Part shown: piece by piece, positions 13,784 to 28,800 of the stretch
Layout of the letters: each line of letters begins with the position of its first letter
How positions within the stretch are numbered: position 1 is the first letter of the stretch
Assembly: GCF_964204645.1 (NCBI RefSeq)
Contig: NC_134026.1
Location: forward strand, 7,277,950 to 7,341,949
Direction: 5' to 3'
Source: Tubulanus polymorphus
Taxonomy: Eukaryota; Animalia; Nemertea
DNA length: 64,000 nt
Position numbers and translations under genes: made by a program
Notes under the pieces: generated by a model
Databases searched by the model: none
Seen by the model: the letters and a program-made list of their open reading frames with translations, nothing else
What the model was told of the DNA's origin: nothing

Positions 13784-14290
13784 CTCCACTTTTTTAACGT
13801 CCAACATGGCTCACTATCGGTCAAGAATTCTCAATATTCATTCATATGTTGATGTGTGGCTGGTGTGTAAAGTCACTCGCAAGATACGTATCACCTACAG
13901 TACACAAAGTAACATGGCCCACAATTCTAAGCTTTTAATCTCACTTTGCAATTCAATTCACTGAAGTTTAAGTCGTGATGTGGATAAGTAGTCGGCATAA
14001 TAATCATCTCAACTAACAAGCTAATTTTCACTATACAAATCCTGATCCCGCTTCCGCCGTTCTCTCGGTTAAGATTGAATTCTAAAGAGTTTAAAACATT
14101 GAAAATGAACGAATTAATTCAGAGTAAACTCGCGATCCTAACTCACAACTATTGACCATGATTCTGTATCAATTAACCCGGGGAACAACTGAATTCATTT
14201 TCGATTTCAGTTTTTGCGAAAGTACAACCGTGGCTACCAGTACGTACATGAAATACATTATGAAAACACAGTCCGTTGATGACGACAGAA

Positions 14291-15226
14291 CTAAAGTAAT
14301 AAACGTGTTAGTGAATTCAGAAATATGTTACGTATTTCTTTACCGGTGATTATATACAAATAGAAATTCGTAGAATAATTCAGGACAATCAGATCCATAC
14401 AAATGGAGAAAGCTTTCGGGATGTATTTCGATAAGTGCGGAACGGACTGTAACGGAGCCAATAGGCAGGCTGGAAGAGTCGTTATTAGAAAAAATATCGA
14501 TACAGTTAAAACAACACGAGTTACTTGTCGGGTCGATGACGAAAGTTTGTTCGATTCGAGTTGTTTTTGATTTCGTAACGTGAAAATGATGGTAAGACTT
14601 AACGTGGTTAAAAGTATCGTCGGTAGAAACGACATAAACAGCACGACAAGAACTGATTTAATACCGTGAAAATCTACCCGAACACAACCGATATTTCTGA
14701 TATACACCAGATCGAAAATCATATAACTGAAAATCACGGCGAAAAAAGACGGAATTGATAAACATAAAAACGTGGATAGTTGTAAAGTCCAAATACGCGG
14801 CGCTCTAAACGGGTAACGTATAATACACATGCGTTCTGTAGAAACGGCAACTAAAATCCACGGACTCGAAACTAACGCGATATGTGTGAAATAATCTAGT
14901 AACGTACACTGTAATTGTGAGGTGATATCGATGAGAATTACGTGGTAGAAATGGAAACAAATCGTATTGACGTATTTACAACAGAAATACGATAAGCCGA
15001 TCGTATCGGAGAGGGCGAGCACGACGAAAAAACGACTGTACGATAGTTTCCATAGTTTCGGTTTTAACATTACCCATACGATCAAAGAATTACCGACGAG
15101 TCCGAACAGAAAACACGATCCGATGAATACGAAGTAGAATATTTTATAGACGAAACCGGTCGGTTTTTGAGGGCTGAGAACGATACCGATGTACAGGTTA
15201 CTGAGACGTTGGTTAGTTGAATTCAT
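14291..15226 (-). CDS. Class A (rhodopsin-like) GPCR, copy 2 (tandem paralogue of 11822-12757)
   Basis: 311-aa ORF with the same motifs as copy 1 and about 10 amino-acid differences. The flanks are also duplicated (offset 2469 bp). Confidence 0.92.
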   Translation of the reverse strand: MNSTNQRLSNLYIGIVLSPQKPTGFVYKIFYFVFIGSCFLFGLVGNSLIVWVMLKPKLWKLSYSRFFVVLALSDTIGLSYFCCKYVNTICFHFYHVILIDITSQLQCTLLDYFTHIALVSSPWILVAVSTERMCIIRYPFRAPRIWTLQLSTFLCLSIPSFFAVIFSYMIFDLVYIRNIGCVRVDFHGIKSVLVVLFMSFLPTILLTTLSLTIIFTLRNQKQLESNKLSSSTRQVTRVVLTVSIFFLITTLPACLLAPLQSVPHLSKYIPKAFSICMDLIVLNYSTNFYLYIITGKEIRNIFLNSLTRLLL

Positions 15227-16872
15227 CTGAGGGGAGGGAAAAGTGCCAGAGCAGCAGTAGCAGCGGTAGCTGCAGTTCCAGCAGCAGCTAACAGCTTCAC
15301 ACCAGACTCACAAACTGATCTGCCAGATTGAGCTTTGATATACCCGTATTTCATACATCAAACAGAATTGTATCCAAAGAAAGAATTCTTATTTGTTGAA
15401 TCGCATTTCCTTCCACAAATAACTCCATTAATTCTATCCTTTGAACTGATGCGTGTAAACTGCATTAAAACGTTTTAAAATCTTTTAGATATTTCCCCGG
15501 TTTGACAAATATATAGATATAAAATCTTGCTCAAATTGGATAAAAGCGTGAAAAGAACATTGACATTGACGAAAATATTTTATTTCTTCATGAATTATCA
15601 ACTAAGGCCCACACAGTCTCCTCACAGTTCCACAGTTTTTAGTTTTCGGTTATGAGTTGACTTAATTTGCAGTAAACATAGAAAATAAACTGATTTCAAA
15701 CTCTATTGCTAATGTAGAACTGGATCCCTACCGAGGCCCAATAGTGGCTGAAAGAGTAGAATAACGGTAATTCCATAGAAAATAAAGCTTGGTCCCCTCC
15801 TCTTAAAGAGATAGCAGGTCACATTACCGAAGTTTTCCTTGTTTTTGAGTCCCATTTAATTCCACTTACTAAGTGCGACTCATTATTTAAATAAGCCGAC
15901 ACGTTTCTGAAGTCACCTCTTTTTTAGAGTCCTAACTTGTACTTCAGTTGACCAAGTCGCAAGGCTCCAGTTGCGTAGTCAGATTTGAGACCATCTTAGT
16001 TCCAGTCGATAACAACTAAAGACTAGTCTCAAGATATAGATCCACTTTTGGATTTAACTCTGGTCCTGTAGCTCCTGATGGGGATAATAAGTCACGGCAT
16101 AGAAAGGAAACAAAACAATGCAACCTCGTTTAAAAATAGTTTATTTCTGAAACTTTAAATATCAGTAACATGATACCATAGTAAACTCCATCCATATCAT
16201 TTCTTATAAATTACATTCAATAAACTTATAAATAAATAATCTGAATTTCTTCTTTAAAAAACAACAAATTGTAATGAAAAATATCTCCTTAATAGAAAAT
16301 TGTAGACATATTCATTGTTCATTTCATACATAGTACTTATAAATAATCCATAACTAAAAGTGAATTTTTATCATTATTACAATTAGTTACTAAATAATTA
16401 ACAAAAAAATCTTATAATCGATAACAAAAACAGGACGGATTTATTACAAACATAGTTAACAATCGGTGCATTTCAACTGCCGACCCCCTCACCCCCAAGG
16501 GACGCTACGACAAATTACCCCTGGATACATAGTGATATAGTTCTTGTTTAAGCTTCATTTTCAAATGTTTTACCTCTAGCGACAAATTCTAAGTCAGAAC
16601 AGTACTGTAGAACTGGGTTTTAGTTTATGCCAAGGACATGACACGTTGTTTAATTGCGAATCTTTGGTTTCAGCAAACAATAAATTACATTGTTACACAC
16701 AGGCTATAGTGATTATGTATGTTGTATTACGATCATTCACCTTCATCTTTGCAATCAATACCCCTTAATCTGTTCAATACTATTTCGGATTCTCATAAAC
16801 CTAGTTGATCGCCATTTTATTGTGAAAATCTTACTAGACGAGCATCAGTACGGTCTCAAGTCATTTAGGTTT

Positions 16873-19800
16873 CTATTTATCGTCACCAGTTTTATCTCCC
16901 TGAAACAAATAGAAAACATCATTAACTTCAATCAGTTCCACAGTTTAGGATCCAGTTCCACTGTTCAGGATCCAGTTCCACAGTTCAGGATCTAGTTCCA
17001 CAGTTCTGAACCCAGTTCCACAGTTCAGGACCCAGTTCCACAGTTCAGAACCCAGTTCCAAAGTTCAGGACCCAGTTCCACCGTTTAGGACCCAGTTCCA
17101 CAGTTCAGAACCCAGTTCCACAGTTTAGGACCCAGTTCCACAGTTCAGAACCCAGTTCCACAGTTCAGGACCCAGTTCCACAGTTCAGAACCCAGGTCTG
17201 CAGTTCAGGACCCAGTTTCACAATTGAGAGTTAAATTTGAGGTTTTGAGATACAAACTTCCATTTGACAGCTAAGAGTAAAATTTAATATGAACCGATTT
17301 CAATTTTGAGTCCAAAAAAGAACTGTGGAAAAGGGTGCGGTTTTATCATTTATTGGAATGATAGCTTACATCAGACCAGGCCGATTCTAATTGAGGAGCA
17401 GGTGCCGCGAACGTTGAAGGCGTCGGACGAGAAACTGTATCATTATCTACATCAATAACCGGGTGAGGAGCTGAGTGAGGCGCAGAATGAGGAGCAGCTG
17501 AGACCTGATGACTCGCTGTAACATTGAAAAAAAAACGCATCATGAACGACTTCACAAATGACTGTATCAAGCCCAGGCAGGGAGGTGGGTTCCTGCCTAG
17601 GGCATTAGTTTGAAAGCTTGGCGGTTTTAATGGACAACATTGCTCCTGAATAGTGTGTTAGTTTGCTAGAGTACCTGGTGGTGGGAATGTAGCTGCTGCT
17701 GCTGATGATGGTTCGGCTCCTCTGTGTTTCCTCTCCCGTTGTCTTTTCTCCCGTCTCCTGCTCGTCTCTGAAGCTGCTGATGATGCTGCTGGTTGCTCAG
17801 TAGCGGTCGATGGTTGGAATGGACCGGCTCTGTCGTACAGTCGACCATCCACTATATCCTGATGAGAGGATCCAGCTCCTCCACCTCCACCTAGAAAACA
17901 AACCAATCACTAATACATCAACATCTTAAATTCATTCTCTACATTATAAGTTGGAACTAACATTTTAAATCTTAAAATAGGGATATCTATTTGATTGGTA
18001 GATTCAGTTTGATTTGTTTTGATTTAGTGTCCCTTACAAACCCACCAAACCTGCCGGGAGCAAAACACTGGGTTCAATAGTACAGATATTATATATGTGT
18101 GATCAGCGTTCAAATTTATAGAATTTCCTGTTTAAGTCGAAGTACTACATAATTGGAAATTTTAGTAACCATTCCACATTATAAGATAATCATTCTAGAT
18201 TATAAATTTGAACTAGATTTAACTAAGTCGGAGACAAATAATAAAGTAAAATGCTCGACTGCATTTTATCAAATACTCAGCAAAACTGAAATCATCCTAT
18301 GGTCCCACAGTTCTGAGTTTAAATCTGACTCTAGAGTAAGATCATTTGTAAATGAACTAATTTCAACTACGCGTCAACTAAACCAGAGACCTGTCAAATT
18401 GAGTCCTCAATTGTTTAATCTACAGTCTAACTCAAATCGAGAACTGTGGAACTGGATCCAGAAAGTTTGTTTCGATAGACAAAGTGACTGTCTGATATGA
18501 ATGAAGTAAAAAACCCACAATGTAATGAAAACAAAACTAAATGAGCATTTCACATTTCGGCCTAATTCTATCGGCCGTTTTCAAAACCGGTCAAATTCTC
18601 ATTTAGGTTTTTTCATTATTGTATGGGTTTTATTCATGGCTGCAAAAGTTTGAATAATTTACCGGCCACAGATATCAGTAAACTCTGTAAAGTCGAATGG
18701 ACCATCATTAAATCTTTATGAAGTTTCTCTTCGATTTCGTTTTGACGAACGAAAATTTCTCGAACTTCTTCGCGAATCAAATCGACTTCGTTTTCAAATT
18801 TCTGAACGGTGACGCGATTAGAACCGGTGACATCATCAGCGGCAGCACCTAACTGTGTGAGCAAAAACAAAACAACCGAATCAACATGTTGTGAGAAATT
18901 CGTTTTCAGATCCCGAGGTGGATCTAAATTTACGTAATTTTAAAATATCATTGATTTTCAAAAATAAGCATCGAATCTCTTGTCAGTTTTATTCATATTC
19001 ATCAACCTGGCGAAATTGTAAAGTTGTGACTTACTAGGTTAAGACCATTTAAGTTCCATTTAAGGATAATTTAAGTTCTACATGTATAACCATTATAGAC
19101 CAGTCTTAAGAATGAAGACCATTTAGGTCTTAGGTCATAAAAGCGCATATTCAATTTCAAAATTTCATTTCAACTAGACCAAGAGTTGAACTATGATAGA
19201 AATACAGCTTTAGTGGATACTAGGGTGGATAGTAGAGTGGATTCTAATTCTTACCAGTGAACCTCCATCTGTGCTCTCACTCTTGAAATTACTGTTTAAA
19301 ATCTCCATCACTTCGTCCATATCATCCTGGAAAACAATAGAATCACAAAATTAGATTAGAAAAATACCTCGAATTTATTCAGACCGGAAAATGAAAATGC
19401 AACTTGCATGCAACTTATGATCAGATTGGGAAAGTTTGATGATGAATTTCATGGCCCGGTTTTACAGTTTTCAGTTAAGTTAAGAGTCTCAAGTTGAAAA
19501 GTTGAAATAGTCATATGTATTTCATCTGTGAAACTCGATCAAAGGGTCGAATAAAAAATTGATATCTTCAATACACATGTCAAATACAGAGTTTCAGAGT
19601 GCTTTTAAAAGTTGTTTATTTCTGGATTTCTCCAAATACTAAAAAATCGTCATCAAACTTCATCCACGTATCGATACAATTCCAGCATAGAACAGAAATA
19701 AGAGACCCTCCCAGAAAGATGGCTGCCTCTATTGAATCCCCTTATGACATCACTCGGTCATTTTCTGAATTTGGGATGAATTGAAACAAGTTAGGTCATT

Positions 19801-22800
19801 TCAGTGATGTCATAGAAGGATTTTTTTGTAGGTGGCCACCTGTTCGGTAAGGCCAAAAAATCCTCATACCACTGGATGTAGTTCGACAGTTCTGAGTTAG
19901 ATTTTAAATCCACCTCAACATAGAATTCGAAAACTTTCAAATATAGTAAATGAATAATTCAACCAAAGAGTTTAAGGTTTAAACACCGCACAACTGTTGA
20001 ACTATTTCCAAAAAACTCATGCTCAACGTGAACTGAAAAAGTAACGTTTATTTGAACAGAACTGGAGTTACAAGTATTCAGGGGCAAGTCTAGGTTAAGT
20101 GGAAGGCAGTGGTCCAGAAGAACGGAAAGGTTTTTTTATTCCTCGTAATGAAGACAGCAAATGGGTTCCCCCTCTTGTGCTAGAAATACATTTGAAGAGA
20201 CGCAATATCTGAGAGGATGAGTGTGAAATTTGCAGCAGTTTTTTTACAATCTCTCTCTCTAGACAAATAGGGGGCAACCTCAATGAGACTGTAGGGGGGG
20301 TCCAGACCTCTGACATCGTGGCTGCTGAAGTAGCAAGGCTTTTGATCCCCCCAAAGATTCAGAAAATATAAGTTCAATTTTGGTATAATCTTTTTTTCAC
20401 ATTATATCAATATATTTCAATGCAATTACCAGCATTGCTAGAATATTGACATCCATTCTGGTAAGGACAGCAGACATCTTATAAGGGGTGGCTGACTTGC
20501 AGAGGTGGAAATAAAATTGAAAGGAGTGAATGCCACCTAGATCAACCCCTGGTTATTACCGTAAATATGCTGACTTATTAGCAAGAAGTGCAATGGGTAA
20601 TGAAGCAATTGCAGTGATAGGTTATATAAGCAAAATGATCAGTGATTGGTTTGTATCGTTGATGGAATTAATAAGCACCATATTGTATCTAGCCGGTTGT
20701 GGTTTTTTGCGAATTAAGTTGCAAAATGGAAGAAGCATTTCTTTCAGATCGTCCATATCAACCTATAGTAAATAATACATTCATAAACAACAAATCAACC
20801 AGTTTCAAACTATTCAAAATTCAAGCAATCCAAATGAGCAGCTTTTGACCAAGATCCTTAAAAAAGCTGTTAAACAATTAGATATTTCAAATCGTTTAAT
20901 CTATCTATGAATACAGTTCCACTGATCCACAGTCATATAAGTGATAAGATTGTCAAACAGGTTGGACACTGATCTAGTACTGTTACTTCTATGATTCACT
21001 TCACTGTGAATCAGAAGAATTGTGGAACTGGGTTCTAAAGTTAATAATCAGCTAAAAGAAGCAAAGCTAATAATCTATACAATCAAACTCAGGTAAGTCA
21101 TCAATTAGATAAGTCGTCACATTACTGAAGTCATCTCTGTTTTCGAGTACCAATATGCATTTATAATTCAATTAACTCAGTGTTTAAGTCGTCGACATAA
21201 TATAATGATCATCATAACTACAACAGTTTGACTAATTCACAAAATGAGGAAAAACATTGTGTTGTTTTTATTTCATTTACCTTCAGTTGAAGCGTAACTT
21301 TCTTCAGTTCGTCCTCTCCATCAGTTGATAAATCATCATCGTAATACAAACACTCCGGGGCGCATTCCGTTTGAATTTCATACTGAAATCTATTGTAATA
21401 TTTCCCCGGCAACAAGCTGTCTTGTATGTTCAATATCGTAATCGCTTTTTGCATAATCGCGTTTGCGTTGGCATTATCATACACCCTGGAAAATAGACGA
21501 CAAATATTTGAATATTATAACATAGTAAAAATACGGAGCATCAAAAGTTACACAAAGTTAAAGTTCAACAAAAAGGGCCTCAATGTGTTAAGGTTTTTAA
21601 GACCCGCTGAGCACCACTCAGGGCATTATTAGTAGGTCTAATGTCCTCCCTGCAGCTCATCACAACCTCAATATTACGTACCTTTGAAATGTGTCCGACA
21701 TCAAAGCTATGAATAGATTCAAACAAATGATAGCGGAAACAGCCAACCAGGTACCGACTAGAATATCAGTCATCAGTGAATCTACTAATTTCATATCCTA
21801 CAAATTCAACGAAATCAACAAAATGTAGAGAACCGTGAAGATGAAACGTATATAATCCCGGCAAACTACGAACGAAAAGAGTCTGAAATGTTTCCTTCAG
21901 TTAATAGTTTATTCAATATCCTAATAGTCATCTTCAGGAATACTAAGTGTTATATGTCAAATAAATAGCAGCTCATGGAAACATAGCGAAATCTTTATCA
22001 TTCATATAATGTGCAGGGGTCTTATATTAGGAATATAGAAAGGATGCATGGGACATTTTCATCAAATATTGAATATATTCAAAAATTTTCTTGATGTAAT
22101 TTGTCACATTTTCTCATCAAACGAAGCAGATTTTATAGAACTTTTACGTACGTTATACTGATATTCATCGACTAACGTTAATCGAAACATCGTGAATAAA
22201 AGCGCATTGAAATTCTGGAAACCATCGACGACCATTGTTATGTTCTCACGCGGAGTTCCGATATCGACTTCTTTGGGATTTTCGCCTCCGAGAATCATCC
22301 AAAAAGCACAAACTGGAAAAAAATAGGAAAACCTTATCGTTATAGCCGGTCGTTACAGCGAACTTCGGGCACCAGAAAATCTATTTTTTCAATTCACTCA
22401 CCGTAAGGAATGTAGAATACCAAATATAAGAATGCAAACTTCACAATATCACCGAACATACTTCCTACTATTACGATGAAGGGACCTGAAAATAATACAA
22501 ACAATTTAAAACTAGTCGATTCGGAAGTTTAAACCCGTGAAATCGGATCGAATCAAGTAATTTCGTAGCTGGTTCTTCCAATTTACAGTTAGATATGCGC
22601 ACTCAGGCACACGCTTATGACACAGTTCCTGATTGGCTGGCAATGTGAACAAATTCTGCTTCATTCTCAATGCACATTGGTCAATTTCGAGCAAAGGCTG
22701 ACTATGTAACAGCTTCAGTGCTGACCTACGAGTATATTCGCAGGGGCAATAGGGGGCAGCACTGTATGAAGACAGTGGCAGTAATCGCGTTTAGTACTTA

Positions 22801-25800
22801 CCTAATGATGAAAAGGCTCGAGCGTTTTTCATCAATCTCAACCACAACATTATAATATTAACAGCGTTGATCCTATTGTGCCATAAAGCGAGGAGATGAT
22901 TGTGGTTAGCAACGTCCACAAAATGAGTGACAAGCACGACGATAATCAGGAAATAACATAACCAATCAAATATATTCCTGTAACGTAGAGAAAAAAATAA
23001 GTTTGTCAGTTATGATATGATATGATTTATTTTCAAGTAAAATTTTTGGAAAAATTAATGAATAAGGAAATGCATTAAAGATGATGTAATAATATTAAAT
23101 GAGGGACTGCTTTGAAGCAACATTTAGCTTATACAAGAAAGCAGCCCTAGAAAAGAGGAAAAAATATAGACAAGATGAAAATAAAGAGAAGAAAAACGAC
23201 ATAATACGGATATAATAACGACATACATATCCATACATATACATAACACATACACATACATATACACATACAACCATACTTCTATTCTAAGTTAAAATCG
23301 TCGGTTAAATTCGAAATTCAAATAGACTTAGATAAATGGAATAAAAACTCAATATAAGCTATGAAAGTAGGAAACAAAAATAAGCAAGGATAAACTTGAT
23401 TTTGTTCCAAATCTCAGTTGCTCGGGACAATCGCAGTGGTAAGAATTCGCCAGATTCGAGTCAAAATTCATATCTCAGTTCCAGAGTTGTCGCAAGTTTG
23501 ACTAGGGTTTAAATTAGTTCATATTTTCGATGCTCTAACTTTGGAGTCAAATTCTAGTGAGAACTGTGGAACTGGATCCTAAACATGAATTGCGGCTGTG
23601 TAGAGTTGTGAAGTTGATTCCCGGTGTTTTTGTGAATGAATGAAATTGCCAATAGGCCCTAAAAATCATGGTCAAAATCTTACCAGAAATCGTTGAAATA
23701 TTGCGGTTTTAATTTGTCCATATCTTCTTTCTCGAGATTTAGGAACATTTTCTCTTCGGGCCATTGTGGATGACAGTATTCCTCATCGCGCGCGATTTCT
23801 TTCAATCTCCAACGTTTCCATTTCTACAACAAATAAATTACAAACAAACCTGATATTCATTGTTTTGTGTGGAGGCTCCACAGTTCGTTTTACAGTTTTC
23901 AGTTAGAACTTGATTTTCAATTACGAACATTTGAAAAGACTTTGGAGTTTGACTCCTTGGAGTTAAAAAAATGCAAATGAACTGATTCTAGCTCATAGAG
24001 GCAAATTGAACGTGTGGAACTCGATCCAGAATTGTGGAACTGTATCTTGGGTGTGGTTTGGAACATCATCTAGGGGTTTGGACCTGTGTCCTAGGATGTG
24101 GAACTGTATCCGCGGGTTCGGAACTGCGTCCTTGGATGTGGAAATGGATCCATGTGAAGCCGACTATAAAGAACTTACCTCATGAGCTACTTTTGATTTC
24201 CTGATTTCTAGAATCTCCATTACAACCTGATGAAGTGTCATCAATGATGCAGTACACTGAAAATATCATTACAAAATATTGTCAGTATTCAATATTCTCC
24301 ATATAGTGCCGAGTTAAATTTGACTGAAGGTAAAATGTGTTCATTTTGAATCTGGAGTCAAATTCAAACCTAGGGATCGGTGGAACTAGATCCAGAAATA
24401 AGACCTCAAATTTCAATAATCAGATAGTAACGAATACTTACCAGAACTACAACCCTCCAGGCGTCATATGGAAATTTATAAGTATGTTTTATTCTCCAAT
24501 CTTCAATCGTAGCCAAACACGTCCATAGTATAATAAATACTAGATTATATATCAGATTATACCAGGCTCCAAACCTACAAATAACCCAGCATAGATTTGT
24601 ATATATTGAAACTTTATTCATATTTGTTACAGATTAGTGCGTTTTTCAATGAATTGTTTTCAGTATACATCAGAAAAAAACACGTAGATTCAATAACGTG
24701 ATTGATGAAAACAATTAGTTAAATCAATATCAAAATGATCCAACTAGAAAGAACTCGTGTAAGTTGTCATCACATAATCATTACTCAAGCCATCTACAGT
24801 TTTGAGTTGTCATTTTGCTGATTTACCAATACATATGATCATCATAACTATGACGAGTGATCCTAATCATTTACTCCAAGGATGACTTCAGCAAGGTTTA
24901 TAGTGATTGTGTATTATCCACTGTACCACAGTGAAAGGAGAGTGACATGTACAACAGTGAAAGAAGAGTGACATATACCACAGTGAAAGGAGAGTGACAT
25001 GTACCTACTACAGTGAAAGGAGAGTGTATCATAAACAAACACGATCTCACGACACTGAAAACAAACCTTCCAAACTGATTCCATTTTCGTTCTAAAAGTC
25101 TCACGAATACCGGGTGTAAAATGAGGTCATGTCGGCGTTTATTTACGCACATTTTTAACTGTAAATTAAATATTGTGTTAGAGAAGTAAAGAAGGATTAG
25201 ATGCTGATGATCACAGCCCAGGTTCCAAGAACAGAACCGCACAAACCAAAACCCAGAGGCTAAATTTAATCAACAAAGTGTCAGTTATTAACCAAAGGCT
25301 ACTGTCTCGATCATCCTCCCTCGGCAGGGATGTACATGCGAAACGGTGCTAATCAGGCAGGGTTTCGCGTAGTGGCAGAGCATCGCGAGGCCATCAGCTT
25401 TCGATCCCCAACGAGCAAGGATGAACAGTCAGTCATGAGCAAAACTTGTTATCAGTTAACTTAAGAACAAAGCATAAAACTGTCGACAAGAAAAGCTTCT
25501 CCATTTGATCAAAGTTAGATGAGTTGGGTTATAAAATCAGTGGTTATAGAGTATATAGAGCGGGTGGTTATTGTTGGGGGGTACATACTTGCCGAATTGA
25601 CACCATTTACGATCAATTAATCTTTGAACTGAAGTGTGGGTGACAAGATCAAACTGTTTATGGGCAACTATTACTTCCAACTAAAATAACATTAACAGGA
25701 GAATAAAATATCAACTAGAAATAATAGAACTCGAAAATAATGAGCAAATTCTAATAATGAATTCTTGTCTTGTTCTTATCTATGAAAAGGTTGGTTCCCC

Positions 25801-28800
25801 TCAACCCGCTGAGCTCCACTCAAGGTAGCCCTCAACCCACTCATCAGCTCCCCTCAGGGCACCCTAAATCCTCTGAGCTCCACTCGGGGCACCCCTCAAC
25901 CGACTCAGCTCCACTCAGGGCAACCCTCAACTCCACTCAGTGCACCCTCACCCGCTGAGCACCACTCAGGGCTGCTTACAGTATTATTCTCAGCAGGTTT
26001 CTACGTTTTACTCACCGTTGTTTGTGAAGCATTGTCTTCTGAATTTCCAGTATCAGCTACAAAATTAAACGAATATCAAACATAAGAGATTTTTAAATGA
26101 ATGGTTTGAGATTTTGAAGAAATTGATATTAATTCTTGAAAGTAATGTGGATGTTGTGGATGAAACGAGTGGAATGGGATTTTACTTACAGTTGATTTCG
26201 TGTTCTAGTTTATTAAGGAAGAAATACTGTTTTCTGTTTGCGCGGTCTGTGATGTGAAACTGATCCAGAGCTTCTTTAGCCTTTAACATAAAACAATTAC
26301 TAAATCATTTTAAAGAAATAAAACATTCCCTAAAAAGAAATTGTTTGTTACTTAAAAATTTGATATATTCTTCCATTGATTAGAGGCGATTGACACTTTC
26401 TATCCGACCCCGATTGAAAATTTGGGCAGTACACAATTAAAGACAAGAGGTTTAAGTACAAGGCTGAGTCAAGAGCAGTTCATGGAAGGGTAGTCATAAC
26501 AAAGCGCTGCTCTGAGAAGATAAGACACTGACGGTGTACGCATATTCCTAAAATCATGGTTTCAAGAAATAGAGAACGAAATATTCCTACCACTGGCGCC
26601 ATCTTTGTAATCATCCAAACAATCGCTCGCTGGCCGGTAGAATCAACACCGTCAGCAGGAGCTCCCATTTCTAATAGTAACCTCGCTGTTTCACTACGAT
26701 CTACAAAAATAAAATAATTCATACGTACATGTCCTAGCTCTACAGTTCTGGATCCAGATCGACTTTTGAATCAAATCTTTTAAGCATTAAAACTGTGGAA
26801 CTGGACCCATTAGTTACCGTTTGGGGTTTAAAAACCTACCTAATTCAGCGGCCACATGGACCGGCGTTCGGTTTTTGTAATCGACCACCTTTTTATATTC
26901 GCAATCGAGTTTGATTAACATCTTCAACGAATGACAAGCATCATTTCTAGCCGCAAAATGAACGGGAGTTTGATTTTCACCTTTCGTTCGAGCTTCTTTA
27001 TTCGCTGTAAACAAAATATCAGAAATGTCCTCACGTTTCATCCGTAAATTGATAACTGAAAACTTTAAACATTGAACTACCTACATAAAATGAACTAGAT
27101 GAAATGAAGTTTATCTTGAATCTCAATTTGTCAAGGCCCGGTAACTAGATGATAAACTCAGTGTGTTGGCAGGTCACATACGTATAATCAAAAGTAAGAC
27201 TTTTTGAAATACCTGATAAATTAACTTAATCTGGTTCCACAATCGGGTTAGATTTAAATCCGTTGAGTTAAAATCAGTTCATTTTCAATGTTTTAACTGT
27301 AGACTCAAATGTTAACCAAGAACTGGTAGAACTGGAAACAGGTTTTTCTAGAAATATCAGGACCCAGTTCGGTTATGTTTGATTTTAGTCAAATTTTATC
27401 TGCCGAACTGTGGAACCGGATCGTGAATAAATTGGGGAAGTGGATAGTGGATTGAGATGCGAAATTATACATACCTCCATTTTCGATGAGGAATTTACAC
27501 ATTTCTGGGTAATCTACAGCAGCCGCGACGTGAAGAGGAGTTCGGTCGTACGTATCACATATATTTACATCAGCTCCATTCTCTATCAGAAACTTAGCTA
27601 CATCCGGGTGCCACGCCCGAGCTACCTGTAAAAATGCATCAATTGTGTAATGTATGATCGTGTATAATCATGATGTAATAGTAACCATCACATCATCAAT
27701 TCAGGACACAATAGCTATTACGTGTTATAGGGAGAAGCGTTAATCATCAAAGATCAAATAGGGTTTTTGATGATGTCATAGGGGGATGTATGGAGGCAAC
27801 CATCTCTTCAGGAAGGGTTTTTGATGATGTCATAGGGGGATATATGGAAGCAACCATCTCTTCAGGAAGGGTCTATAGGTGACTAAGCAATTTGATGACA
27901 TCATAGGGGGATCTCATGCAGTCATCTTTTCCACAACAGATAAATCCACTGATTGACTGATGTCATAGGTGGATTGATGGATTAATAATGAGTGAGTGAT
28001 GTCATAGGGGGATAGATGGAGTAATGAGTGATGTCATAGGTGGATCGATGGATTAATAATGAGTGAGTGATGTCATAGCCAGGGGGATAGATGGGGTAAT
28101 GAGCGATGTCATAGGTGGATTGATGGAGTAATGAGTGACTGATGTCATAGGGGGATAGATGGAGTAATGAACGATGTCATAGGGGGAATAGTCTCGATGT
28201 GCGTACCTCATGGAAGATAGTCTGTCCGTATTTATCACAACAATCGAGTCGCGCTCCGTTTCTGAACAACGAATAAACGAATTCTAAATCGAGTCGTTCG
28301 GTCATGTCGAACGTCGCTCCTAGACGAGCGAAATACTGCAACAATGTACGGTTACTAGCGACGATCATCTGGTGAGTCGTATCCTTGACGGACGGACTGA
28401 AATCATCCTCCAGTTCGCTGAGTCCGACTCCACCAGTGTTGGAACGGTTTAAACCTTTCTCTTCGACTAAAAGTAAAAACATTCGAAAATCATAATTCTG
28501 ATGAGGGTTGGTCGGACAGTCAGCGTTAGTTTTGCTGGAATCATTTATATTAAGTTGTTTTAGATTTTTTTAATCATTAAAACGGATTTAAAAGCATTTA
28601 TCAAAATATTCTACTGTACGTTACCGGTTTGAAATTTCTAACAAAGTTTGCTCAAATTTCGATAAAATCACAGCCAAACTTTCATCTAAATCTACTGATT
28701 TGAAACCGATGCTTTTTAGTTGGTCATTGATTTCAGAAACTGTCAAAATTCTACTGATTTCAAGGTAAATTATACGTGGGACTTGTGTTATTCAAACATA

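Noticed and set aside
16933-17225. Regular short repeats superficially like a CRISPR array
   Set aside because: Head-to-tail 20-mers without unique spacers, in a eukaryotic context with no cas genes; the unit matches a MITE TIR.
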